A stretch of 59,172 nucleotides of DNA, from NCBI GenBank assembly GCA_937138345.1, contig CAKZOW010000029.1, forward strand, positions 1-59,172. Direction: 5' to 3'. Source of the DNA: an uncultured archaeon. GTDB taxonomy: Archaea; Nanobdellota; Nanobdellia; Woesearchaeales; UBA583. Below are positions 1-8,084 of this stretch, piece after piece (positions within the stretch are counted from its first letter, which is position 1; each line of letters begins with the position of its first letter). The notes beneath the pieces were generated by a model. That model searched no databases and was not told where the DNA came from. It saw nothing but the letters and a program-made list of their open reading frames with translations. Made by a program: the position numbers and the translations under genes.

Positions 1-72
1 CGAACACAGAAGTTAAGCCTAGTTAGCCTTGGTGAGTACTGGTCTTTGTATCGGAAAAACTCTGGTGACCTA
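1..72 (+). rRNA. 5S rRNA, 3' portion (truncated by window start)
   Basis: CGAACACAGAAGTTAAGCC...GGTGAGTACTGG...CTCTGGTGACC matches the conserved loop C/helix IV-V and closing-helix pattern of 5S rRNA. It is followed by a T-run (TATTTTTT). Confidence 0.75.
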
Positions 73-205
73 TTTTTTAAGATAATTCTCAAATACATAA
101 TAGTAGTTTAGTACTTTTTCTATGTTAAAATACGGCATTGTATTTATTGTGTAACTATAATTTATGAATACAAATTTTTTTATATCTATTTAAATACAAC
201 TACAT

Positions 206-1318
206 ATGAGATTTATATTCACGTTTTTTTTGTGTATATTTACTATTTCGTCTATTTATTCTCTAAATTATGACTCATGTCAAAGTATACCTTCGGGATT
301 ACATACTATTAATGATACTATCTCGGGTGTTACTAATTGTTTTGAATTATCAAGTAACAGTTATATTGACTGTAATTATAATCAAATTAGTGGAACTGGA
401 GGCTATGGTTTTTTATTAGATAGCCTTACAAATGTAACTCTTGCAAATTGTAATTTATCGTCATTTGGTAATGGGGTTCATATTAACTTTTCAACAAATG
501 TTTCTTTATTTAATATTTCAGTTAATTTAAGCAGTAATGGGATTTTTACATCAAATGTTAATGATAGTTTTTTTTATAATCTATCTCTTTCAAAAAATGG
601 TGGTGGGGTTTTGAGGGGAGGGTTGAGACTTGCCGGATATAGAAATGTTGTAGATAGAGTATATTTATTTGATAATGATGGTTTTGATAGACATGGACTT
701 TATGTTGCAGGCCATGATAATAATATCTCAAATATTGAAGGTACCTTAAATTATCATGGCATTCGAATCTGGGGGTCTTCATCTAATAATTTTTTTGAAC
801 ATATTTTATTTGATGGAAATGATGATTCTGGAATTTATCTATATTCTCCTGCAACACTTGAGATTCCAAGTAATAATTATTTTGACAATTTAACATTAAT
901 AAATAATCTTAGAGGAATTAGGTTTTATTCTAGGACATTTAATAATACAATAGTGAACTCTCAAATATATAACAACTCTCAGGATAATATTTTATTTTCT
1001 CTTTCAAATAATAGAGAAAATTTATTTTATAATAATTATTTAGGTAATATTTCAAAAATTAATTCAGATGATTGGTCAGGTTCATCTCCAAATTATTTTA
1101 ATTATTCAACCCAAGGTAATATCTATCTACAAGGATCAGAGAGTCAAATTTGTTTTGATTTTGGAATTAATTCACCTGAAGAAAATTGCGATTATTTTCC
1201 CTCATATACTACTTTTATTTTATCAACTGATAATGGAGAACAAAAAGTAAAATTTCCAGTTAATTCATTTGTATCATTGAGCTTTATGTTATCTCTTTTA
1301 TTATTATTTTTTTTATAG
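206..1318 (+). CDS. secreted parallel beta-helix repeat protein (PbH1/NosD-like) with a C-terminal FP + hydrophobic anchor
   Basis: Has an N-terminal signal peptide (MRFIFTFFLCIFTISSIYS). Shows periodic ~22-aa N/G/I-rich repeats typical of right-handed beta-helices and many N-x-S/T sequons. The tail is KFPVNSFVSLSFMLSLLLLFFL*. Confidence 0.6.
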   Translation: MRFIFTFFLCIFTISSIYSLNYDSCQSIPSGLHTINDTISGVTNCFELSSNSYIDCNYNQISGTGGYGFLLDSLTNVTLANCNLSSFGNGVHINFSTNVSLFNISVNLSSNGIFTSNVNDSFFYNLSLSKNGGGVLRGGLRLAGYRNVVDRVYLFDNDGFDRHGLYVAGHDNNISNIEGTLNYHGIRIWGSSSNNFFEHILFDGNDDSGIYLYSPATLEIPSNNYFDNLTLINNLRGIRFYSRTFNNTIVNSQIYNNSQDNILFSLSNNRENLFYNNYLGNISKINSDDWSGSSPNYFNYSTQGNIYLQGSESQICFDFGINSPEENCDYFPSYTTFILSTDNGEQKVKFPVNSFVSLSFMLSLLLLFFL

Positions 1319-1386
1319 AATAACAATCTTTTTAAAGAGAATTTAATATAGTATTTTATACCTCAAATTATATTAATTTACGCCTT

Positions 1387-1471
1387 GTGGGGGTCGCCCA
1401 GTCCGGTCAAAGGCGCAGCCTTGAGGGGGCTGTCTCGTTAGAGTTCGCGGGTTCAAATCCCGTCCCTCACA
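1387..1471 (+). tRNA. tRNA-Leu (anticodon GAG), long variable arm, no encoded CCA
   Basis: Hand-folded cloverleaf. Acceptor GTGGGGG/CCCTCAC, anticodon stem CAGCC/GGCTG with loop TTGAGGG, 14-nt variable arm, T arm GCGGG-TTCAAAT-CCCGT, discriminator A. A T5 run follows. Confidence 0.9.
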
Positions 1472-1488
1472 TTTTTGCGGAGCAAAAA
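1472..1488 (+). terminator. oligo-T plus 7-bp hairpin TTTTTGC-GGA-GCAAAAA immediately after tRNA-Leu
   Basis: Perfect inverted repeat. Nearly the same motif (TTTTTGCAGAGCAAAAAT) follows tRNA-iMet at 28137-28154. Confidence 0.45.
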
Positions 1489-1573
1489 TGTTTGTTCCTT
1501 TCTTTAAACCCGCTTCGCGGTGTTCAAAAATATACTATTTTTGACAAAATCATTTTCTTTGAAAATGATGTTC

Positions 1574-1593
1574 TTCAAATCCCGTCCCTCACA
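1574..1593 (+). repeat. direct repeat of the last 20 nt of tRNA-Leu (T-loop to discriminator)
   Basis: TTCAAATCCCGTCCCTCACA is identical to 1452-1471. Confidence 0.9.
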
Positions 1594-1673
1594 TAAAAAA
1601 TTTTTGAATATTTCTAATTTGGATTTGAACGAAGTTCCTTCGGTACCAAGAATCACAACGTGATTGTTGAGAA

Positions 1674-1691
1674 CAAATCCCGTCCCTCACA
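1674..1691 (+). repeat. second direct repeat of the tRNA-Leu 3' end (18 nt)
   Basis: CAAATCCCGTCCCTCACA is identical to 1454-1471. Confidence 0.9.
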
Positions 1692-1746
1692 TTATTTTTT
1701 TAAAATACAAGATAATGTTTTTAAACTAAGAACTACAGGTATTGTT

Positions 1747-2364
1747 ATGAAAAAATTTTCTTCTACTTCAATGGTTGCATATAACAAAAATGAAAAGAAG
1801 AGAGTTGTATTACTTAGCGTTTATATTTTAGTTTCTATTGCTTTATTTGTTGCTCTTTATTCTCTTTTTTTAAAAAATTTAGATTTTTTTATTTTCAAAG
1901 CAATTAATTCATTGGTATCATCCATAGGAGGACATATCTCATCATTATCTTATTTAGGTGCTTTTTTAATTGCATTAATTGGTGGATTTTTTTTAGTTTT
2001 TATGCCACTCGAAGTTATTTTTATTACCTTACTTACAGGAGGGAAAGCTCCATTTCTTCTTATATTTCTCTATATTGTAGGTATTTTTATTTCTTATAAT
2101 GTTAATTACTTTGTTGGATATAAATTAGCAGACTTTTCTAAAAGACTCATTGGTTATAAAAAATTCTACTTAATAAAAAAGTATGTTAATAATCATGGTA
2201 ATTTAGCAATTTTTTTGTTTAATTTTCTTCCCCTTCCATCACAACCACTTTCAACAATTCTTGGTGTTTTCAAATATAATTTGTATAAGTTTTATGTATT
2301 TTTTATTTTTGGTCAACTTTGTAAATACACTTTGATTTCTTTTGCATATCTTTATATATTTTAA
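1747..2364 (+). CDS. DedA/VTT-domain (SNARE-associated) family membrane protein
   Basis: Polytopic membrane protein with a FMPLEV...G...YFVGYKL pattern typical of the VTT/DedA family. Start trimmed to the ATG at 1747, because the upstream part of the ORF runs through the tRNA-derived repeats. Confidence 0.5.
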   Translation: MKKFSSTSMVAYNKNEKKRVVLLSVYILVSIALFVALYSLFLKNLDFFIFKAINSLVSSIGGHISSLSYLGAFLIALIGGFFLVFMPLEVIFITLLTGGKAPFLLIFLYIVGIFISYNVNYFVGYKLADFSKRLIGYKKFYLIKKYVNNHGNLAIFLFNFLPLPSQPLSTILGVFKYNLYKFYVFFIFGQLCKYTLISFAYLYIF

Positions 2365-2379
2365 ATTAGTATAGTATTT

Positions 2380-2838
2380 ATGTCACTAAAAAAAGTAGAA
2401 ATTATTTCTTCAGAATTCAAAAACACCTCTGAACTCTCGGAGTTAACATCATATGTTGGAAAAGAGGTTTTTTCAAAATCAGGAGAACCAATTGGATCAG
2501 TTAAAGAAATAGTTGTTCATAAAGATAAAATTAAAGGAGCAGTTATTTCATCAAAAAAAGATTTTTATATTGATAAGGAACAATTTGCTTTAAATGAACA
2601 TGAAGTAATTATCTTAAAAATAGATCCAATTTTTGCTTTAATTGGAAAAAAAGTATATGATTCCCAAGGAAAAGAAATTGGTACTGTTCAAGATTTAAAG
2701 AGAAAAAATTCTCTAAATGATTTCAGTGAGTTAATCGTCTCTAAAAGTTTACTCTACAAAAATCTCAAAATACCTAAAAAAGAAATAGAAACAACAGGTG
2801 AGAGTATAGTATTGAATAAAAAATATAAAAATGAGTGA
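2380..2838 (+). CDS. PRC-barrel domain protein (two barrels)
   Basis: Contains VGKEVFSKSGEPIGSVKEIVV and IGKKVYDSQGKEIGTVQDL, matching the PRC-barrel signature. Overlaps the next gene (ATGAGTGA). Confidence 0.6.
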   Translation: MSLKKVEIISSEFKNTSELSELTSYVGKEVFSKSGEPIGSVKEIVVHKDKIKGAVISSKKDFYIDKEQFALNEHEVIILKIDPIFALIGKKVYDSQGKEIGTVQDLKRKNSLNDFSELIVSKSLLYKNLKIPKKEIETTGESIVLNKKYKNE

Positions 2839-3265
2839 TATAATAACAGGAGATGATATTTTAGGAAAAGAAGTATTAGATAACTTTGGAAGGAAAATTG
2901 GAGTAGTTATGAAACTCCACATTGATAGAGAAAAAAGGACACTAACAGGAATCTCAATTGATAGAGGATTTGTGAGTTCTGATATTTTTATAGGATCAGA
3001 TTTTATTAAAACCTTTGGAGTTGATGTAATTATATTATCAAAGTCTCCAGCATTTACTTATGAGGGTTCTAAAGTTTATCGAGAAGATGGAAAATATATT
3101 GGAAAAATTGAAGAAGTTACTTTAAATAGATTAAAACAAATTGATACATTACTTGTAAATACTGATAATAGTATATTAAAAAATAAGACGATTACTATAT
3201 CAAGAAAAGATATTAAAATAATTGGTTTGAGTATTATCTTAAAAAAAAGTTTTGAAATAAATTAA
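2831..3265 (+). CDS. PRC-barrel domain protein (paralogue of the preceding gene)
   Basis: Contains ILGKEVLDNFGRKIGVVMKLHID and GSKVYREDGKYIGKIEEV. Translationally coupled to 2380-2838. Confidence 0.6.
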   Translation: MSDIITGDDILGKEVLDNFGRKIGVVMKLHIDREKRTLTGISIDRGFVSSDIFIGSDFIKTFGVDVIILSKSPAFTYEGSKVYREDGKYIGKIEEVTLNRLKQIDTLLVNTDNSILKNKTITISRKDIKIIGLSIILKKSFEIN

Positions 3266-3305
3266 AATTCTTTAAGTACACAAATTAAAATTTGTTCTCT
3301 TAAAT

Positions 3306-3365
3306 TTAAATTTCACGTTTTACTACTTTATTCATAATTTGGTTAACTACTTGTGGTTTTGCAGG
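3306..3365 (-). pseudogene. displaced second copy of the gatB C-terminal tail (PAKPQVVNQIMNKVVKREI*)
   Basis: Shares a 19-nt identical block plus codon-level similarity with 3420-3476. It is in frame with gatB and ends in TAA. Confidence 0.75.
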
Positions 3366-3419
3366 TGCTTCTGCTGAAGAGCACCCACAGCTGATGTTTC
3401 GCAACTTGTTACTCAAGCA
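3366..3419 (-). other. 54-nt conserved spacer element with a bulged hairpin (AGCA loop) between the two gatB tails
   Basis: The core AGCTGTGGGTGCTCTTCAGCAGAAGCAC (gene strand, 3392-3365) recurs behind mgtE at 54489-54515. GCTTGAGT and GAAAC blocks are also shared. Confidence 0.7.
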
Positions 3420-4811
3420 TCAAAATTCCTTTACTACTTCAAACATGATTTTATTTACTACTTGTGGTTTTGCAGTTCCTTTAGTCTCACGCATTACTAC
3501 TCCTACGATGAAGTTTAATGATTTTGTGTTTCCCCCTTTGTAATCTTCTACTGCTTTTGGATTATCTTGGAGTGCTTTTCTTACTAACTCTTCAATTAGG
3601 GAGTCATCTTGCACTTGAATTAAATTATTTTCTTCAATGTATTGTTTCACATCAAATTTATTTTCATATAATTTCTCAAGTGTTTTTTGAGCTGTTGTGT
3701 ATGAGATTTTATCTTCTCCTAAAAGAGTAATTAATACTGTTACTTCGTCTTTGATATCTTTTGATTCAAGCGTTTCAAATGATTCATTGTGATAGTTTAA
3801 AACTCTTGGTATTTCTCTTCTCAGAAATAGACCAACTTCTCTTGGATTTAATTTTTTCTCAATTGCATATTCAAATACTTCTGAGAGGTACAAGTTTGAT
3901 ACAAGAACTTCAATATCTTCTTTTGATAGATTGTAGTTTGAATATTTTTTTCTCTTCTCTTCAGGTAACTCAGGTAGTGAGTCCTTTAGAGCTTTAATTT
4001 CTTCATCACTAATAATTAAATTAGGTAAATCCGGCTCTGGTGTGAACATGTAATCTTGAGCATTTTCTTTTGATCTCATGAATTGAGTCTCATCTAGCTC
4101 TTCATTATATCTTCGAGTTTGTTGTTCAACTTGCTCCCCATTTGCAATAAGTTCTCTTTGTCTTTTAATTTCAGCCTCAGCTGCTGCAACAATATTTGAA
4201 ATAGAATTCACATTTTTAATTTCAACTCTTGTAAATCCTGATTCTTCAACAGATACATTAACATCAGATTTAATTCCAAAATCTTCATCTAGAGCTCCTA
4301 AGTATTTACCTAAAAGAATTAATTCTTCAAGCCAATCCCTTAGTTGTTCAGTACTCTCAAAATAAGGACCAGTTACAATTTCAGCTAGAGGAAATCCTGC
4401 TCTGTTATAATTTAGCTCACCAGTTTTAGGATCCCAAGCAGCTGGGTTTTCTTCAAGGTGAATCTCTTCCATTTTAATTCCTTTAAATTCTCCACCAATT
4501 GCATTACATTTAACATTACCACCTGATACTGTTCTTTGGTATCCAGTTGGCATATCTGGCCATGTGTAGTGTTTTCTTTGAAAATAGGTTTGGTTTGTAA
4601 TTTTAGCACCCATTGCAAGTCCTAATTTAATTACATGATCAAATGCTCTTTTATTTGGTAGCATTGGTTTTGAACCAGGTTGTCCAGTACACCTAGGACA
4701 AATTGTAGAATTAACTTCACTATCTTGACGAGGTGTTTTACAAGTACAAAATAGTTTTTCTTTAGTTTTTAGATGCATATGGACTTCAAGTCCTATTTTT
4801 ATCTTACCCAT
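3420..4811 (-). CDS. gatB: Asp-tRNA(Asn)/Glu-tRNA(Gln) amidotransferase subunit B
   Basis: N-terminal GLEVHMHL..KLFCTC...CPRC..QPGS and the full-length pattern are typical of GatB. The length (463 aa) fits GatB rather than GatE. Confidence 0.9.
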   Translation of the reverse strand: MGKIKIGLEVHMHLKTKEKLFCTCKTPRQDSEVNSTICPRCTGQPGSKPMLPNKRAFDHVIKLGLAMGAKITNQTYFQRKHYTWPDMPTGYQRTVSGGNVKCNAIGGEFKGIKMEEIHLEENPAAWDPKTGELNYNRAGFPLAEIVTGPYFESTEQLRDWLEELILLGKYLGALDEDFGIKSDVNVSVEESGFTRVEIKNVNSISNIVAAAEAEIKRQRELIANGEQVEQQTRRYNEELDETQFMRSKENAQDYMFTPEPDLPNLIISDEEIKALKDSLPELPEEKRKKYSNYNLSKEDIEVLVSNLYLSEVFEYAIEKKLNPREVGLFLRREIPRVLNYHNESFETLESKDIKDEVTVLITLLGEDKISYTTAQKTLEKLYENKFDVKQYIEENNLIQVQDDSLIEELVRKALQDNPKAVEDYKGGNTKSLNFIVGVVMRETKGTAKPQVVNKIMFEVVKEF

Positions 4812-4903
4812 AGAGAGAATTAAAAGATTATGATTTATATAATTTAGGATTTTATGCTTGTAAGTTAGTAAATTATTTAAAGATAAATCAACAGATCATA
4901 TCT

Positions 4904-5890
4904 ATGAAAAATAGTTTTTTTTTTGTATTTTTAATAGTTATTTTGCCAAGTATTTATTCAATTTCTAGTATTGTTAGTCCCAGTAATAATTCAATAGTTA
5001 CTGATTTAAATCAGACAATAGAAGTTCAAACATTTCATATATCTAATATATCTACTTTTATTAATTGGAACTCCTCTTTAGTTGCATATTGGAACTTTGA
5101 GTCTGGAAGTGCAGATCTATCAGATAATGGAAACAATGGACAATTTTTTTCAGGTTTATCTTCTTCATTAGGAGGAGTTAGAGGTAGAAGAATAAATTGT
5201 GATGGGATAAATGATCTTTTTAGTACTCAAGATATAGACTTTGGACCGGGAAATAAACTTTCAATTTCTTTGTGGGTTAATCCGGATGCTTCAAATTCAG
5301 GAGATAGGTTTATTGTTTCTAAAAATAGATATTTTTCACTTAACCCTTACCTTATTTCTTACAGTAACTCTACAAATACGTATGCATTTTCAGTTAATGG
5401 GAATATTGCAAGAAGTAATACTTATCTACCTAATAATTGGAATCATGTTGTAGGAGTTTTTAATGGCACACATGCTAAAATATACTTAAATAGTATATTG
5501 GAAGATATAGCTGTAGTTCCATCAATAATCTCAAATAATGATATATTGGGTATTTGTGCTTCGACAGATACGCCTACCCAGTATCCTTTTAGAGGTTCAA
5601 TTGATGAAATTGTTATATTTGATCGTGATTTATCTTTAAATGAAATTCAATCTTTATATAATTCTCAAATATATCCTCTCAGCTTTAATGTATTTAATTT
5701 AGAAAATAATTCCTTGTATTCATACGATATATTTTCTATTAATTCATCAGGCTTTTTATTGAAAGAAAATTATAATTTTTTTACAAATACTTCTTATACT
5801 TATCCTCAAATATTGGTTAGTTCTGATTTTCCATTTTTTAATATATTTTCTTTCTTATTTTTCTTATGTCTATTTTTCTTAGGATTTTAA
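4904..5890 (+). CDS. secreted LamG/concanavalin-A-like lectin domain protein with C-terminal FP + hydrophobic anchor
   Basis: Has a signal peptide. LSISLWVNPD...NWNHVVGVFNG...LNSIL...GSIDEIVIFDRDLSLNEIQSLY matches the Laminin_G_3 pattern. The tail is SSDFPFFNIFSFLFFLCLFFLGF*. Confidence 0.65.
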   Translation: MKNSFFFVFLIVILPSIYSISSIVSPSNNSIVTDLNQTIEVQTFHISNISTFINWNSSLVAYWNFESGSADLSDNGNNGQFFSGLSSSLGGVRGRRINCDGINDLFSTQDIDFGPGNKLSISLWVNPDASNSGDRFIVSKNRYFSLNPYLISYSNSTNTYAFSVNGNIARSNTYLPNNWNHVVGVFNGTHAKIYLNSILEDIAVVPSIISNNDILGICASTDTPTQYPFRGSIDEIVIFDRDLSLNEIQSLYNSQIYPLSFNVFNLENNSLYSYDIFSINSSGFLLKENYNFFTNTSYTYPQILVSSDFPFFNIFSFLFFLCLFFLGF

Positions 5891-5924
5891 GTTACTTTAT
5901 GAAAATGATTTTTGCAAGATACTA

Positions 5925-5936
5925 AGAACATGTTCT
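5925..5936. promoter_or_regulatory. perfect 12-bp palindrome AGAACATGTTCT plus a half-site AGAACAT (5944-5950) upstream of the sulfur operon
   Basis: Seen directly in the sequence. It lies upstream of the TATA-like TTTATAAATA and the ATG at 5998. Confidence 0.4.
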
Positions 5937-5997
5937 AAATTTGAGAACATTTTTACATCTAAATTTAATTTATAAATAATGAATTCCTATAATATTT

Positions 5998-6729
5998 ATG
6001 GAATCAAAACAATTATTATTTAGACAGTTATTTGATCAAGATACTGGAACTTATACCTATCTTCTTGCAGATAAGAATACAAGAGAAGCAATTATTATTG
6101 ATACACTGAAATCAAGAGTAGGACAATATGTAAAATTATTAGAAGAATTAGATTTATCATTAAAATATATTTTAGATACTCATGTTCATGCAGACCATGT
6201 AACTGGAGCTTATGATTTAAGAGAAAAAACAGGAGCATCTATTGCTTTAGGTGCAATTAATGCAGTTAATGAAGCAGATATTAACTTAAATGATGGAGAT
6301 AATCTTGAATTTGGTAACTACAGTGTAAAAGCTATCTCTACTCCAGGCCATACTGAGGGCTGTTTTACATTTAATGTTGAGAATATGTTATTTACAGGAG
6401 ATGTTCTTTTGTATAGGTCATCTGGAAGAGTTGATTTTCAGGGTGGTTCGGCTAAAAAACTTTATGATTCAGTTCAAAAATTATTTACTTATCCAGATGA
6501 GACCTTAGTATATATTGGTCATAATTACGTAGGTTTTACAATGTCTACAATTGGAGAAGAGAAAAAGTATAATAATTTTGTAAATGAAAATTTATCTGAA
6601 GAAGAATCTATTGAAAAACAAGAAAAAAGAGAATTACCACTTCCCAAGTATATTTCAGTTGCAGTACCATCAAATAAGATTGCAGGAAAGGTAGTTGTTA
6701 ATGAAAAAGGAGAGGTTATAGAACAATAA
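5998..6729 (+). CDS. MBL-fold persulfide dioxygenase (ETHE1-like)
   Basis: LFRQLFDQDTGTYTYLLAD..REAIIID, HVHADHVTG, TPGHTEGC and GDVLL..S.GR.DFQGGSA closely follow the ETHE1/Blh pattern. Confidence 0.8.
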   Translation: MESKQLLFRQLFDQDTGTYTYLLADKNTREAIIIDTLKSRVGQYVKLLEELDLSLKYILDTHVHADHVTGAYDLREKTGASIALGAINAVNEADINLNDGDNLEFGNYSVKAISTPGHTEGCFTFNVENMLFTGDVLLYRSSGRVDFQGGSAKKLYDSVQKLFTYPDETLVYIGHNYVGFTMSTIGEEKKYNNFVNENLSEEESIEKQEKRELPLPKYISVAVPSNKIAGKVVVNEKGEVIEQ

Positions 6730-6801
6730 GTGAGTATTTTATAATTTTTTACACTCTATCATGGAGTATATAAATTATGATTTATATATTATATTATAAC
6801 A

Positions 6802-7338
6802 ATGGTAAAAACAATTTTAGTAAGTGATTTACATAATAACAGGGAAAAGTATCTCATCATTGATGTGAGAACATCATCAGAGTATGAAGCAGAACATATC
6901 AAAGGCTCATATAATATTCCACTAGATTCTATTGATGAATATATGGATTTATTGAAAAAACAAGAAAAAAAATTAGCAATTATTTGTAGATCGGGAAATA
7001 GATCTCAGATGGCTTGTAAGAAATTACATTCCTTAGATAAAACATATTCAATTGAAGGGGGAATTCAAGCTTGGAAGCAACATAATTTTTCAATTATTGA
7101 AGGTAGAAAAGTATGGGATTTAGAGAGACAAGTTAGACTTGCAGCAGGTTTTTTAGTATTTCTTGGAGTTCTATTTCATTTTTTAATTAGTCCAGCTTTC
7201 ATTTATCTTTCAGGTTTTGTGGGTCTTGGGTTAATGTTTGCAGCAATTACAAACACATGTGCTATGGGAATGATGATTGCTAAGATGCCATGGAATACTT
7301 CAAATTCTTGGAAATCAAAACTTGAACAACTAGAATAA
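6802..7338 (+). CDS. rhodanese domain fused to a DUF2892/YgaP-like membrane domain
   Basis: Has the rhodanese active-site loop CRSGNRS. The C-terminus is a two-helix GxxxG-rich membrane region as in YgaP. Confidence 0.8.
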   Translation: MVKTILVSDLHNNREKYLIIDVRTSSEYEAEHIKGSYNIPLDSIDEYMDLLKKQEKKLAIICRSGNRSQMACKKLHSLDKTYSIEGGIQAWKQHNFSIIEGRKVWDLERQVRLAAGFLVFLGVLFHFLISPAFIYLSGFVGLGLMFAAITNTCAMGMMIAKMPWNTSNSWKSKLEQLE

Positions 7339-8084
7339 TGGAAGTATTAACTTACTTTCTTCTTTTTTTTGTGGGTCTTTTTTTAGGTTTATTTGGAGGG
7401 GGAGGGGGAATTTTGCTTGTACCTATATTAACACAAGTAGCAAAACTACCTTATTTTTTAGCAACTTCGTATTCTTTATTTTTAGTAGGGATAACTGCAT
7501 TTTTGGGTTCTTTGTATCATTTTAAGAAGAAAAATATTTTATATAAACAAGCTTTTGAAATTATTATTCCAGTAACAATTATCTCAATTATAACTAGGAA
7601 TTTTTTATATCCATTTTTACCTGAAATCTTATTTTCTTTTTCTAAAGATCAATTTTTATATCTCTTGTTTATTTTAGTTATGATACTATCTGCATTACTT
7701 ATGCTTAAGAAAAATATTACTATAGCTAATGTATCTTTTAGCATAAAAATATTCTTATTTTTACTCTTGGGTCTTTTGACAGGTTTAACAGGACTCGGAG
7801 GAGGGTTTTTATTAGTTCCAATTTTAGTTATTTTTTATCATCAATCAATAAACTATGCTATACCTACATCACTATTTATTATTGCTTTGAATTTGCTTGT
7901 GACTTTTTTATTTGAGAAAAAGATTTTGCTAGATTTTAGCTTTCTTCTAACTTCTTTAGTAATTGTATTATTGGGTTTTGTATTTGGTATTTTTCTTTTA
8001 AAAAAAATAAATTCCTCTGATTTGAAAAAGTATTTTGCATATTTTCTCATTATTTTGGCAATTGTTCTTTTGCTTAATTTTTAA
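7338..8084 (+). CDS. TauE/SafE family sulfite/anion exporter
   Basis: Polytopic protein with duplicated GGGGGILLVPIL / LGGGFLLVPIL motifs. Its start overlaps the preceding stop (TAATGG). Confidence 0.8.
   Translation: MEVLTYFLLFFVGLFLGLFGGGGGILLVPILTQVAKLPYFLATSYSLFLVGITAFLGSLYHFKKKNILYKQAFEIIIPVTIISIITRNFLYPFLPEILFSFSKDQFLYLLFILVMILSALLMLKKNITIANVSFSIKIFLFLLLGLLTGLTGLGGGFLLVPILVIFYHQSINYAIPTSLFIIALNLLVTFLFEKKILLDFSFLLTSLVIVLLGFVFGIFLLKKINSSDLKKYFAYFLIILAIVLLLNF

Noticed and set aside
558-782. Short ORFs nested in or antisense to long genes (558-782, 1068-1250, 3518-3730, 3761-3997, 4412-4618, 5241-5453, 7853-8050, 13336-13662, 18304-18486, 21598-21858, 23441-23629, 26598-26807, 28456-28674, 29218-29496, 30206-30427, 31772-31993, 32666-32899, 36977-37183, 40280-40780 group, 41722-41910, 44608-45585 group, 48490-48705, 49176-49463, 50478-50672, 54121-54384, 55273-55458, 56062-56295)
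   Set aside because: All lie inside much longer ORFs that have clear family signatures. Their compositions are low-complexity, typical of shadow frames.
1387-1596. Track ORF of 69 aa (MGVAQSGQRRSLEG...)
   Set aside because: It is a translation straight through tRNA-Leu and its trailer. The tRNA cloverleaf explains the sequence.
1452-1691. Possible mini-CRISPR array (three identical 18-20 nt repeats spaced ~100 nt apart)
   Set aside because: The repeats are copies of the tRNA-Leu 3' end. They are too short and too few, the spacers are too long and unequal, and there are no cas genes. An att-like or 3'-end-duplication interpretation fits better.
3366-3422. TGA read-through or selenocysteine recoding of the gatB stop (open frame continues for 38 codons, with a hairpin downstream)
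   Set aside because: The analogous mgtE locus has TAA followed immediately by further in-frame stops. Gpx in this window uses Cys, not Sec. No SECIS-like evidence exists beyond a generic hairpin. It is kept only as a minor alternative within the gatB finding.
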